Positions 1-11,731 of a DNA stretch of 64,000 bases are shown here, one piece after another. Each line of letters begins with the position of its first letter. Position 1 is the first letter of the stretch. The translations under genes and the position numbers were made by a program. Under the pieces are notes generated by a model, which was given only the letters and a program-made list of their open reading frames with translations, was not told where the DNA came from and made no database searches. The stretch lies in assembly GCF_009914755.1 (NCBI RefSeq), contig NC_060928.1; one strand, written 5' to 3'. The stretch comes from the human T2T-CHM13v2.0 reference genome, Homo sapiens.

Positions 1-153
1 GGCAAGGGAAACAGGCCCTTGAAAAGAAGGTAATGTACAGTGGGTAGCCTCTGTATTGATTAAGAAGGGGATGGGCTTACCTTCCACTGTGAGAGTTACC
101 AGAAGCTTGGCGTCCCTGATGGTCTAGGGGTCTTCCGAGGTGATCGGGCAGTG
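1..153 (-). pseudogene. pro: HERV-H protease 5' part, catalytic motif altered (NTEA instead of DTGA)
   Basis: Manual translation VTLTVEGKPIPFLINTEATHCTLPSFQGPVSLA. Confidence 0.85.
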
Positions 154-1379
154 TCAGTCTTCAGCCGCTAAGCTGAGAAGATCTGGGAAGGAGTCAGTCA
201 GAGAGCCTTGGGCCAGAGTTCCAGGGGCTCTGGGAGTGGCTGCCAGGTGAGTTGAACAGTCCGATTTTCAGTGGGGTCCCACAGAGATGGGAAGCGGCTT
301 AGGAGGAATCCTGGGCTGCAGGCATTCCTTGGCCCAGTGGCCAGATTTCTGGCACTTGTAGCAAGCTCCTGGGGGAGGAGGTTCTGAAGGAATGCCTGGC
401 CACTGCGGTTCAGGTGTTTGGAAGTTCTTGTGTGCTGGAGATGTAGCTGGGGTTTGTCTCACAGTGGAGGCAAGGAATTGTAACCTTTTTCTATTAGTGT
501 ACACCTTGAAGGTGAGGTTAATTAAATCCTGTTGTGGGGTTTGAGGGCTGGAATTTAATTTTTGGAGTTTTATTTAATGTTGGGAGCAGATTGGGTAATA
601 AAATATATATTGAGAATAAGACGGCCTTTTGACTTTTTAGGGTCTAGGGCTGTAAAGCGTCTCAGGGTTGCTGCCAAACAAGTCATGAACTGGGCTGGAT
701 TTTTATATTTGATGAAAAAGAGCCTAAACCCTGTCTGATTTGGGATAAAGAAAAAGGAGCATTAACCTTGACTATGCCTTTGGCTCCAGCCACCTTTTTA
801 AGAGTAAATTGCTGGGCAGGTGGGGGAGGGCTAGTCACGGAACGAAACTGTAAGCCAGACCAGGTGTGAGGAGGGGAGGTGATAAAAGGATTATAGGGTG
901 GAGGAGCGGAGGCTGAGGAAGAATTAGGACCTAACCCGGCCTGTTGAGGAGCAGCCTGGGGAGGAAGGGAGAGGTCAGATGGGTCTGTAGAAAAGGAAGA
1001 TTAGAAAGACTCAGTGAGGCTCGGAGTTGGTACTGGGGGGACAGGCGGGAGGGAAAGAAGGAAGATTTGGGACGAGTTGCAGTGGGCACAGAGACTAGGA
1101 AGGGGCTGATGTGTAAAAGAATGCCTGGACATAAGGCACCTCAGACCGTTTGCCTATTTTACGACAAGAATTATTTAGATTTTGCAGGATGGAAAAATTC
1201 AAAGTGCCATTTTCTGGCTATTTGGAACTACTGTTGAGTTTGTATTGGGGTCAGGCAGCATTGCAGAAGAAAATAAGGCATTTAGGTTTTAGGTCAGGTG
1301 TGAGTTGAAGAGGTTTTAAGTTTTTGAGAACACAAGCCAAGGGAGTAGAAGGAGGAATGGAGGGTGGAAGCTTGCCCAT
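154..1379 (-). pseudogene. gag: HERV-H gag, inactivated (early TGA at 1251-1253, further stops, short enough to imply the usual internal deletion)
   Basis: ATG at 1379 (MGKLPPSIPP...IFFCNAA*PQYKL). First CCHC knuckle in ORF 268..504; second knuckle degraded. Confidence 0.9.
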
Positions 1380-1472
1380 AGTGAAGGAAGCAAGCCTAGA
1401 GAAAAGAGAGAGTAGAGAAACGGAGGGAAGGGGTTCGGGGGTTCTTACCTTCCAGAAAAGTGGGAAAAGGGG

Positions 1473-1730
1473 TTGGGGCACAGAGATAAGAGGTTGGGGT
1501 GCAGAAATAAGGGATTGGGGTGCAGAAATATGAGGTTGGGGTGCAGAAATAAGGGACTGGGGCACAGAGATATGAGGTTGGGGCATGGAAATAAGGGATT
1601 GGGATACAGAGATAAGAGGTCAGGGTGCGGAAATAAGGGATTGGGGCACAGAGATAAGAGGTTGGGGTGCAGAAATAAGGGATTGGGGCACAGAGATAAG
1701 AGGTTGGGGCGTGGAAATAAGGGATTGGGG
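1473..1730. repeat. Tandem array in the HERV-H pre-gag leader: 12 x 21 bp (6 x 42-bp dimers)
   Basis: Alternating units TTGGGGCACAGAGATAAGAGG and TTGGGGTGCAGAAATAAGGGA, counted from 1473 to 1724. Confidence 0.95.
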
Positions 1731-2238
1731 GTTCTTGCCCTGTAGAAAAGCAGGACTTGCTGCTAACAGTGAAGGAGAAGGGGTTGAGGGGTACTTGCTC
1801 CTGCCCCAGAAAAGTGGGACTTGCCGCTAAGGGTGAAGGAGAAGGGGTTGAGGTGTACTTGCCCCTCTCCCAGAAAAGCAGAGGAGGGGTAGAGACAAGG
1901 AGAGAAGCGGTTGGGGTACTTGCCACTTCCCCAGAAAAGCAGGACTTGCCGCTAAGGGTGAAGGACCAAGGCAGGCCTCCCTGCATGGTCTGACATCCTT
2001 GAAAGGTGGGTGTATAATCAGAGAGGTGTCCCTGCAATGATTAAACACCAAGGGAAGGCTGCCTTTCCAGTCCGTGACTGGCACCGGAGTTTTGTGTCCA
2101 CGGATAAAACATGTCTTCTTTGTCTCTCCCAGAAAATGAAAGGAATTGAAATTAAGAGAAGGGAGAGATTGAAGAGTGGAAAGGAGAAAGTGGTTGACGG
2201 ACAGTGAGAGAGGTTGGAGAAGAGAGTAAGAAGAGGCC

Positions 2239-2247
2239 GCTTACCTG
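2239..2247 (-). promoter_or_regulatory. HERV-H leader major splice donor CAG|GTAAGC
   Basis: Minus strand AAATCAG|GTAAGCGGCC, about 125 nt downstream of the PBS. Confidence 0.8.
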
Positions 2248-2370
2248 ATTTAAAATTGGTGAGATGTTCCTTGGGCTAGTTGGTCTGAGGACCTGAGGTC
2301 ATAGGTGGATCTTTCTCATGGAGCACAGAACAGGAGGACAGGGGATTGATCTCCCAAGGGAGGTCCCCCG

Positions 2371-2388
2371 ATCCGAGTCATGGCACCA
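2371..2388 (-). other. Primer binding site complementary to the tRNA-His 3' end
   Basis: Minus strand TGGTGCCATGACTCGGAT directly after the LTR; one mismatch to TGGTGCCGTGACTCGGAT. Confidence 0.93.
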
Positions 2389-2390
2389 AA

Positions 2391-2843
2391 TTTCCTGCGC
2401 GTCCGTGTGAAGAGACCGCCAAACAGGCTTTGTGTGAGCAACATGGCTGTTTATTTCACCTGGGTGCAGGCGGGCTGAGTCCGAAAAGAGAGTCAGCAAA
2501 GGGAAATAAGGGTGGGGCCGTTTTATAGGATTTGGGTAGGTAAAGGAAAATTACAGTCAAAGGGGGTTTGTTCTCTGGTGGGCAGGAGTGGGGGTTGCAA
2601 GGTGCTCAGTGGGGGTGCTTTTTGAGCCAGGATGAGCCAGGAAAAGGACTTTCACAAGGTAATGTCATCACTTAAGGCAAGGACCGGCCATTTACACTTC
2701 TTTTGTGGTGGAATGTCATCAGTTAAGGTGGGGCAGGGCATATTCACTTCTTTTGTGATTCTTCAGTTACTTCAGGCCATCTGGGCTTATATGTGCAAGT
2801 CACAGGGCATGCGATGGCTTGGCTTGGGCTCAGAGGCCTGACA
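2391..2843 (-). promoter_or_regulatory. LTR7 (HERV-H 5' LTR, about 453 bp) with TATA box and poly(A) signal
   Basis: Minus strand reads TGTCAGGCCTCTGAGCCC...CACACGGACGCGCAGGAAA. TCCTATAAAA at 2521-2530, AATAAA at 2450-2455, and two ACAAAAGAAG blocks at 2697-2706 and 2747-2756. Confidence 0.95.
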
Positions 2844-4700
2844 GTGTACACACTTTTTAGCACTGACTTCTGAGTGAGAACATGTGATATTCCATTTTCT
2901 ATGTCTGGCTTGTTTCACTTAAGATGATGCCCTCCAGTTTTATCCATGTTGCTGCAAAAGATGTGATTTTATCCTCTTTATGAATGGAATACTAAACAGT
3001 ATTCCATTGTGCATATATCCCACATTTGCTTTATCTAATCACCTGTTGATGGACACGTAGTTTGAGTCTATATTTTTATCATGAATAATGCTGCAATAAA
3101 CATACTAGTCTTGGTATCTTTTTGACAAAGATTCCTTTTCTTTTGAGTAGGTATCTACTGGTGAATTTGCTAGATTGAATGGTTGTTCTACTTTTAGTTC
3201 TTTGGGAAATCTTCATACTTATTTCCATAGAGGTTGGACTAATTTACATTCCCAAAAACAATGCATAAGAGCTCCCTTTTCTCCACATACTAATCAACAT
3301 CTGTTATTTTTTGTCCTTTAGTAATAGCCATTGTAACTGAGGTAAGATGATATCTCATTGTGGTTTTAATTTGCATTTCTTGGATGATTTATGATGTTGA
3401 TCATTTTTCATATACCTGTTGGTCATTTGTATGTCTTATTTTGAAAAATGTCTACTAGTGTATTTTGCTCACTTTTTAATTGGATTATTTTTGTTGTTGA
3501 GTTGTTTTATTTCCTTGTATATTCTGGATATTAGTCCACTGTTAGATAAATAGTTTGCAAATATTATCTCCCATTCTGCAGGTTGTCTGTTCACACTGTT
3601 AATTATTTCTTTTGCTATGCAGTAGTATTTTTGTGTATTTTTTATTTTTATTGTCTGTACTTTTGAGGTTTTAGTCGTAAATTCTTTGCCCAGGCCAAAG
3701 TCCAGAAGAGTTTAACCTAGGTTTTCTTCTAGTGCTTTCAGTTTGGGGTCTTACCTTTATGTCTCTAATCTATCTTGGGTTGATTTTTGTGAATGGTGAA
3801 TGATAGGAGTTCAGTTTCATTCTTCTGCATATGGCAATCCAGTTATCCTAGCATCATTTATTGGAAAGGTTGTTCCTTCCTCAATGTATGTTCTTGTTGG
3901 TTTATCAAAGATCAAATGGTTGTACATATGTGGCTTTATTTCTGGTTTCTTCATTTGGTTCTATTGATCTATATGTCTATTTTTATACTAGTACCATGCT
4001 AGTACCAAGTCAGAACAAAGCTGGAGGCATCATATGTTCTGACTTCAAATTATACTACAAGGGTACTACAATTATACTACAAGGCTACATAGAATAATTT
4101 GAAGTCAGAACATGTGATGCCTCCAGTTTTGTTCTTTTATACTTAGGATTGCTTTGGCTATTTGGGCTCTATTTTCATTCCACACCAATCTTAGGAATTT
4201 TTTTTTTTAATTCTGTGAAAAGTGACATTTTTATTTTGATAGGGATCATACTGACTCTGTAAATTGCTTTGGGAGGTATGGTCATTTTTATGACATTAAT
4301 TCTTCGGATTCATGTACATGGGATGTTTTTCCATATGTTTGCATCATCTACAATTTCTTTTATCAGTGTTTTGTAGCTTTTCTAGTAGAGATCTTTCACC
4401 TCCATGGTTAAGTTTATTCCTAGGTATTTTTTTTTCTAGTTATTGTAAATGGAATTGCCTTTTCAATTTCATTCTCAGGTGGATTGCTTTTAGTATAAAG
4501 ATATGCTCCTGAGTTTTGTATATTCAATTTGCCTCCTGTAACTTTACTAAATTTATTTATCAAATCCAAGAACTTTTTTGGTAGTGTCTTCAGGTTTTTC
4601 TAGATAGAAGATCAGCAAACATGGATAATTTGACTTCCTCTTTTACAATTTGAATGCCTTTTCTTTCTTTCTCTTGCCTGGTTGCTCCAGCTAGGACTTC
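2844..4700 (-). mobile_element. L1 (L1PB/L1MA-type) 3' UTR and ORF2 3' part; host of the HERV-H insertion
   Basis: Typical antisense L1 motifs such as GATATCTCATTGTGGTTTTAATTTGCATTTCT and TGATGCCTCCAG...TTGTTCTT. Confidence 0.9.
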
Positions 4701-6620
4701 TTTAACTCTCAGTTTTCCATAGAGAAATCTGCTGTTAGTCTGTTGGGTATTCTGTTACATGTTACTTGACATTTATTTTTTGCTGTTTTTAAAATTCTTT
4801 GTCTTTGATTTTTGACAGTTTCACTGTAATATGCCTCAAAGAAGACCTATTTGAATTGCATCTATTTGGGAATCTTTAAATTTCCTGTAACTTATTACCT
4901 ACATCTCTTATAAGACTGAGAAATTTTAGCTATTATTTCACTAAATAGTTTTTCTATGCCTTTGGAAAAATCCCTGCTCCTTCTGAATCTCTCAGAATTC
5001 AAATATTTATTCACTTGATCCTGTCCCATATGAACATAGAGTTTTTCTTTTTCTTTTTTTTCTTGTGTAATTGGGTTATCTTAAAAGACCTGTCTTCAAG
5101 TACAGAATTTTTTTCTTCTGCTTGATCTAGTCTATTATTGAAGCTCTTAATTATCTTTTTTGTTTCATTCATTGAATTCTTCAGTCCCAAGATTTCTGTT
5201 TGATTTGATTTCTGTTTTATAATATATATCTTTTTGTTCAGGTATTGCATAGATTTCCTTTACTTTGGAATGTGTTACTGGAGAATTATTGTATTATTCG
5301 AAGGTGTCAGGTTTCCTTGCTCCTTCATGATTCTTATGTCCTTAATTGATATAATTGATATCAACACATTTGGTGTAATGGTTGTTTCTTCTAATTTTAT
5401 GTACTGACTTTCACAGGGACATACTTTTTTCTGTAGATGTATCTACAGTGCCAGTTGGGTGGGGGTCTTTTGGCTTTGATTCTGGATGTGTGCAGTAATG
5501 TGATTTCTGTCATTTCTTTGGCTGTAATAAACTTTAGTGGTATCTGTTGAGGATGGGGATGTCAGGTGGCCAGTCCTTAGGTCCCCAGGTGGCACTCTTG
5601 GGTTGGTGTCAGTGGCAGCAGCAGCAGGCTGAGTGGTCTAGTTCCCAGGCCTCCCAAAGTTGTGTGCAGACACTGGAGGTGGCAGCAAGAGTGGTGGGTC
5701 TATCTTTAGGTTCCTGAAGGTGCTACTGTTGGCCAATAGGGCCTGCTGAACCTTAGTGCCCAGGATCTTATGCCCACAGTATGTGGCCTATGTGCAGCAT
5801 AGGCTGCATTGATGACACTTCTGTTCTCAGGTACTCAGGCAGTGTGCATGAGTATTGTTTGTGGTGGTGGGTAGGATGGGCCAGTCTTCAGGCCCCCAAA
5901 AGGCACATGCAGGTGCATGGTGGCCCTACCACTGGAGGAGACAGCGTTGTTGTCAGTGAGAGCATTTCCAGAGAGTTGGCTTCCATGCTCTTGGAAACAT
6001 GTGTCACCTCCCTTTGTCCTACAGGCAGCATTCCTGTTGCACTGAACCTCATGTTGCTCTGATTGTAGGACACTACATGGGCTAGATTGCTGGGTTCTTA
6101 GCTGTACCTCCACTAGGTCCAGCCAATATTGTGATGCTGCAACACTCTGGGTGGTTGTCAGTGCAGCTTCCAGAATGTGGAGTTGCAGGGGCTATTAGGA
6201 TGTAATCTGGTGGGACCTGGGCTCTCAAAATGGCACCATGTTGCAGCAGTTTGGATCTCAGTCGCAGTGTGGGATGTAGAGTGAATTCTCTCTCAGGAAC
6301 AATGCAGTCACATTTACTCTAAGCTACTTCTTATACTAGGATTAGGGCCTATGGTAGCCAAGGTGCTCTCCTGTGGCTAAATTGCAGGCATTTGTGATAC
6401 AAGTGTGGACTGCTGGGGAGCTCTTGCTTCCCTTTTCGCCAAAACAAGGAGACTCTCCTGGCTATAAACTCATCTCAGCTGGTCCAGCTGCTTAAGTCTC
6501 CTATTTTTCTGTGCCTGTGATGGTCCCTGTCTCTCCTTGATGAATTCCAGCATTGTTTCTAATGCTCTAATTGATATATGCTTATCTACTCACCATTTTG
6601 GTCCTTCTTTGTGCACACAC
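4701..6620 (-). mobile_element. L1M ORF1 remnant and 5' UTR
   Basis: ORF 5011..5250 resembles the ORF1p coiled coil (EILGLKNSMNE...NNRLDQAEE); RLTADFS motif near 4715-4740; GC-richer 5'UTR-like sequence upstream. Confidence 0.75.
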
Positions 6621-6624
6621 TGAT

Positions 6625-9300
6625 TTTTTTAACACTTTTATTGAAATATTATTTTCAAAAATGATATTTACCATTTTAAGGTGTATGATTTGGTGGTTCA
6701 TATAAATGAAATCCTGTAATATGTGGGTTTTTCTTCTGACCTCTTTTACTAAGCATAACTTTTACAAGGTTTATTCATGATGTAGCAAGTATTAGTACTT
6801 CATTCTCTTTTTGTGGGTAGATAACATTTCATAGTCTGCCTATGCCACATCTGTATATCAAGGGGTCAGCTGATGAACATTTAAGTCCCACTTTGACTAT
6901 TATGACTAATGCTGCTATGAATTTTCATGTACAAGTTTTTGTCTGGACATATATTTTCATTTATCTTCTTTGGGTATGTAATTAGAAGTGGAATTGTTGG
7001 GTCATATGGAAATTCAATGTTTAGCTTTTTGACCAACTGCCAAACTGTTTTGTAAAGTGCCTGTACTATTTTACAATCTGACCAGCAATGAATAAGTGTT
7101 CTAATTTTCCCACATCCTTGTCAATACATGTTATTTTATATCTTTTTATTTTAGCCATTCTAGTGAGTGTGAAGTGGTATCTCATTGTAGTTTTGGTTTG
7201 TGGACCCCTAATATCTGATTATACTGAGCATTTTATCAATGCTTATTGGCTACTTTTATATCTCTTTTGGAGAAATATCTATTCTAATCCTTTGCCAATT
7301 AAAAAAATCAGGTTGTCTGCCTTTTTACATTTGAGTTGTAAGTGTCCTTTATATATTCTGAATGTTAGTCCCATTTTTGACCAACTGCCAAACTGTTTTG
7401 TAAAGTGCCTGTACCATTTTACAGATATATGATTTAGAGATACATGATTTAAGATATGATGATAAGATATATGATTTAGAAGTATTTTCACCCATTCCGT
7501 CATTTGTCTTTTTACTTTATTGATGATGTTCTTTGTAGCAAAAAATATTTTTATATTATGAAATCAAATTTATCTATTTTTTTCTTGATATGCTTTCTTG
7601 TCTTGTCTAAGAAAACATTGCCTAACCTAAGGTCATGATAATTTACACCTACATTTTTTTTCTAAGAGTTATATGGTTTTACATTTTACTTTTATAACTA
7701 TAGTCCATTTTTAGTTAATCTTTGTGAATGGTGTGAGTTAGAGGTTTAACTTTATACTTTTGCACATGGACATCCAGTTGTTCCAGCACTACTTTTGAAA
7801 AGAATATTTCTTCCTCATTGAATTTTCCTGACGATTTATCGAGTATAATTTTAGCATAAAAGTCATGATTTGTTTCTAGAATGTCAGTTATAGTCCATTG
7901 ATCTTCATGTCTGTCCTGTGGCAGTACTATAGTGTGTCTTTTCTACTGAAGATTTGTAGTAGGTTTTGAAATTGGGAAGTCCAATTCAATTGTGAGTCCC
8001 TCAAATTTGCTCTTCTTTGTCAGGATTATTTTGGCTATTCAGGGTCCCTTGAATTTTTATATAACTAATAAAATCAGCTTTTCAATTTTTGTAAGAAAGA
8101 AGTCTTAGAGTTTCATAATGATTAACTCGAAACTGTCTATGAATTTGAGGATCACTGTTATTTTAATATTAAGTATTTTATATGAATATGGGTTGCTATT
8201 CCTCTCATTCCATTAATTTTGTTTTTAAATTTATTTCTACATGATTTTATAGTTTTCAAAAATATTCAACAACATTTCAATAAATTTTATAGTTTTCATT
8301 ATATAAAACTTCTAAATTTATTCTTAAGCATTAAATATTTTGAAAGTATTGTAAATTTAATTGTTAATTTTATTTTTGGATTTTTATTGCTAAAGTGCAT
8401 AAATAAGTTGATTTTTGCATATTGACCTAGTGTCCTACAACTTGCTGAACTTATTTATTAGTTCTAGTAGTCTCTTTTTTCCAGATTTTTAGGATTATCT
8501 ATATGAAAGATCATGTCAATGTGACTAAAGGTGATTTTACTTCTTTCTTTCTGATGGTCTGCAGTACAATGTTGGATAAAAGTAATGAGAATAGATAACT
8601 TTGTCCTGTTCTTGATCTTGGAAGGAAAACATCCAATCTTTTACCATTAAATAAATTGTTACCTGTAGGTTCTTTGTTGAAGCCCCTTATCAGGTTGGAG
8701 AAGTTCCTTTTTGTTCTTACTATTATGTATGTCCATCATAAAAGGGAAGCCATTATCCTTAGCAAACTAACACAGGAACAGAAAACCAAATACTGCATGT
8801 ATTAAGCCTATTAACCTAATGGATACCTAATGGGTACTAAGCTTAATACCTGGGTGATAAAATAATCTGTACACTAAACCCCCATGGCACACGTTTACCT
8901 ATGAAGCAAACCTACACTTGTAACCTTGAACTTAAAATAAAAGTTAAAAAAAGAAAATATATCAAATGTATTTTCTGCATCTTTTAAGGCCATGATATAG
9001 TTTTTCTTTTTTATTCTATTAATATGGCTAATTACATTAAGTGAATTTTTTACCATCCTTGCATTCCTGACAGTTTTCCTTCATATATTTTGAAGTCAAG
9101 CACATAGATATTTAGGGTTACTCTGTCTTCCTTCTGTCCTTCTTGATTTCTATAAATGTTCTTTGTTCTGAAATTTATTTGGCTATATCAATATACAGGA
9201 AGATTTATTATGATGAGTGTTTGAATAGACTATTTTTTCCATGCTTTTCCTTTTAACTATATTTTTATATTCATTATAAGTTGAGGTAAACATTTTTTAG
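6625..9300 (-). mobile_element. Old L1M (L1MB/MC-type) 3' end and ORF2 remnants
   Basis: Degenerate antisense L1 motifs (AGAAGTGGAATTGTTGGGTCATATGG; GTGGTATCTCATTGTAGTTTTG). Confidence 0.8.
8744..8955 (+). mobile_element. Short L1PA (older L1PA-type) 3' end with internal deletion, inserted in the old L1
   Basis: GGAAGCCATTATCCTTAGCAAACTAACACAGGAACAGAAAACCAAATAC ... AACTTAAAATAAAAGTT followed by an A tail. Confidence 0.85.
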
Positions 9301-9514
9301 TTTTCCAAAGAGGTGACAGAATTTATCTGGCTGTTCAGAGGAAGAAATGGCATTCTAGTTTGTAAAACTTTGTCTCTATGGTTTATAATTTTCATTGTTC
9401 TTGTAAATTTATGGCCTTAAAAACATCTTTACTATTATTTTAGCAAGATTTCAAGGAAGACTAGAAGTTAATACATGTGTAGAACTCAGAATCTTGCCAG
9501 CAATCCTCGTAGTT

Positions 9515-9680
9515 TTGGAAATCACTTAACCTTTAATGCCTTAAATTCCTCAGCTATGAAATGGTTAATAATAGTAGCTACTTCCCAAGACTGTTAGGAT
9601 GAAATGGTAAATATATGCCCAGTACTCAGTGTCAGGCATGTAGTGTTATACAAATATTTCCATTAGCATCATTATAACAA
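9515..9680 (+). mobile_element. MIR fragment
   Basis: TCACTTAACCT...TTCCTCAGCTATGAAATGG..ATAATAGTAGCTAC MIR core. Confidence 0.6.
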
Positions 9681-10784
9681 AATTGCTTTTTTAAAAAGAT
9701 ACGTTTGTCTTCTTGAGCTAAGAAACCTCTTTCTGACATGTAAATATACTTAAATTTCAGACTTAAACACAGGTTTAGTATCTATATGTTAATATAGGCA
9801 TTTTTCTGTAAATCTATGTTTTCATATTTGTTTCTGTGGTAGGCTTTGAAGTATTTAAGGATGGGACATTGGTTGTTGTTTCTGTAGTATCTGGTATAGT
9901 TCCTACCTTAGAGTAAGCTTTTAGAAAATAATTTTAAGGTGTATAATTACATACTTCTCAGTTGCTAGGGGGAACCATCTCCATGTCTACTTTGTCATTC
10001 TGGATAGGCTAAGTTTCCCCCAACAACAATGGCAAGTCACGTCTCATCCACTTAACAAGTCTACGTTAGGCCTGGCTGTGGCTGTCCTCCTGTGTCATTC
10101 TCTCTGTGGTGAACTAGGTGAACGAAGCAACCGCGATCTGGAACATTGCTGGAAATTGAGGGAAAAGAGATCATCACTCCAAATCACCTACTATCATTAA
10201 AGTTTCTTACTTGGAACTGAAACTTATCACTTCCACCAACACTTTATTTTCAAGGTTAAGTCACAAGGTCATTTCTGATATCAATGAGAAGGCATGTATA
10301 ACTCTCCTGCAGGGAGAGGCAGAAAAAATATTCGAACAGATATACAGTCAGCCATTTCCACCAAACCCTGCTTTCTTACCATTGCTGGAAACTATGTATA
10401 CTTTGTATTACTCCTAGGTATAACTAATCGCATTATACACAATGCTTTCTAAAGTGGTATATAATTTTGTCTTAAATATATTGTTTGAAATTTCAAATAG
10501 CAGTGGTAATACTAGTTCTACTATCTTTCAGTTTGATAGCACACCTAAATTCCTACAGACAAAATACTGCTTTATCAGTTTGCTCTTGTTTAGAGGCCCA
10601 TTCATTTGTTTATCATTTTAGTTGCCTTCTTTAGACCTTTTCCTAGTTCTTATAATTTGTCAGAGTTACAGCATGAGAATTGCATAAACATTGCAAATGC
10701 AAAGAAGGACATGTTATTTGCTCCAAGATAGCAGAGATTTCTCCTAGCATATCTGATAACCTCTATGATTATGTTTATTAATTT

Positions 10785-10935
10785 TTTTCCTGTGGTAAGA
10801 CAACTTAATATGAGATGTTCCCTTTTAAGTAATTTTTAAGGGTATAATATGATATTGTTGACAACAGGTACAATGTTGCATAGCAGATCTCTAGAGCTTG
10901 TTCATCTTGCTTAACTGAATCTTTACGCCCATTAA
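10785..10935 (-). mobile_element. L1MA 3' terminal fragment
   Basis: ACAATGTTGCATAGCAGATCTCTAGAGCTTGTTCATCTTGC. Confidence 0.7.
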
Positions 10936-11529
10936 TTAATAACTCCCTTTTACTATAGCTCTGTTAATCACATAATTTTTCCATGTGGAAAATAAATCAG
11001 AGATTCTTAGAGCCTTACCTGGATTCCTATAAGATAGCATTGAACAAAATATCCTATAATATTTGTTCTTAGAAGGAAAATAAAAAGCTCTCAAGTGAAG
11101 TGTCATGCATTTTTCTATTGTGAGGTTCATTTATGTTATGTTATTTATTTATTTTTGTGATTAATGCTTTCTATGATTGAGTGAGGCAGTACATTTTTGT
11201 CCCTCTAAGCTGCTTTTATTGGATGGCTGTTGTACAGAAATAATAATTACTATTGGAACTGCATCTGCAGTTCTTCATCTAAAGAGAATTTAGGCAGAAG
11301 GCTTTCCTCTTCATTTTTTTTCTTAGTTTTTTATTATATTTTATTTTGTATCCTAACCCTCAGAGCCTGTAATGCTCTTCATTTTTAAAAAAAAAACAAC
11401 TTTTTTTCTTCTAGATAGCCTTATATTATTTCGGTTTACCTTCTGTATTGTAATCATGTTTCCATTGATTCCTTAAGTGGTTAAGGTAGTTTTATTCAGC
11501 ATGTGACATTTTATAATATATTTTTCTCA

Positions 11530-11675
11530 CATTAGCTGTAGACCTTAGGCAAACTACTTAATCTCTTTGTGCCTCAGTTTCTTCTTTTGAAAAATGAGGA
11601 TAGATAATACTTACCTCAGCATAAGTACAATGTTGAGTACATGGTAAATGCTCAATAAGTGTTAGCCATTATTTG
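11530..11675 (+). mobile_element. MIR fragment
   Basis: GACCTTAGGCAAACTACTTAATCTCTTTGTGCCTCAGTTTCTTC...AAAATGAGGATA. Confidence 0.8.
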
Positions 11676-11731
11676 TATTACCATTGAAACTTTAATTATT
11701 ATTCCATAAGACATTTTTCTTTGTTCCTTCA

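Larger units (their letters stand above)
1..2843 (-). mobile_element. HERV-H endogenous retrovirus, 5' portion (5' LTR7, leader, gag, start of pro); continues beyond the left edge of the window
   Basis: LTR7 start TGTCAGGCCTCTGAGCCCAAGC on the minus strand, tRNA-His PBS, gag N-terminus MGKLPPSIPPSTPLACVLKNLKPLQLTPDLKPK, and NC knuckle CYKCQKSGHWAKEC. Confidence 0.97.

Noticed and set aside
1473-1730. Regular short repeats as a CRISPR-like array
   Set aside because: Contiguous tandem units with no unique spacers, no cas genes, and a primate ERV context
2371-2388. tRNA-like sequences here and at 43720-43745
   Set aside because: These are retroviral primer binding sites, not tRNA genes; no cloverleaf or A/B boxes
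944-2841. Plus-strand ORFs over HERV-H (e.g. AEIRDWG and RDKRLG repeat peptides)
   Set aside because: Antisense by-products of the 21-bp array and a G-rich strand; no independent gene evidence
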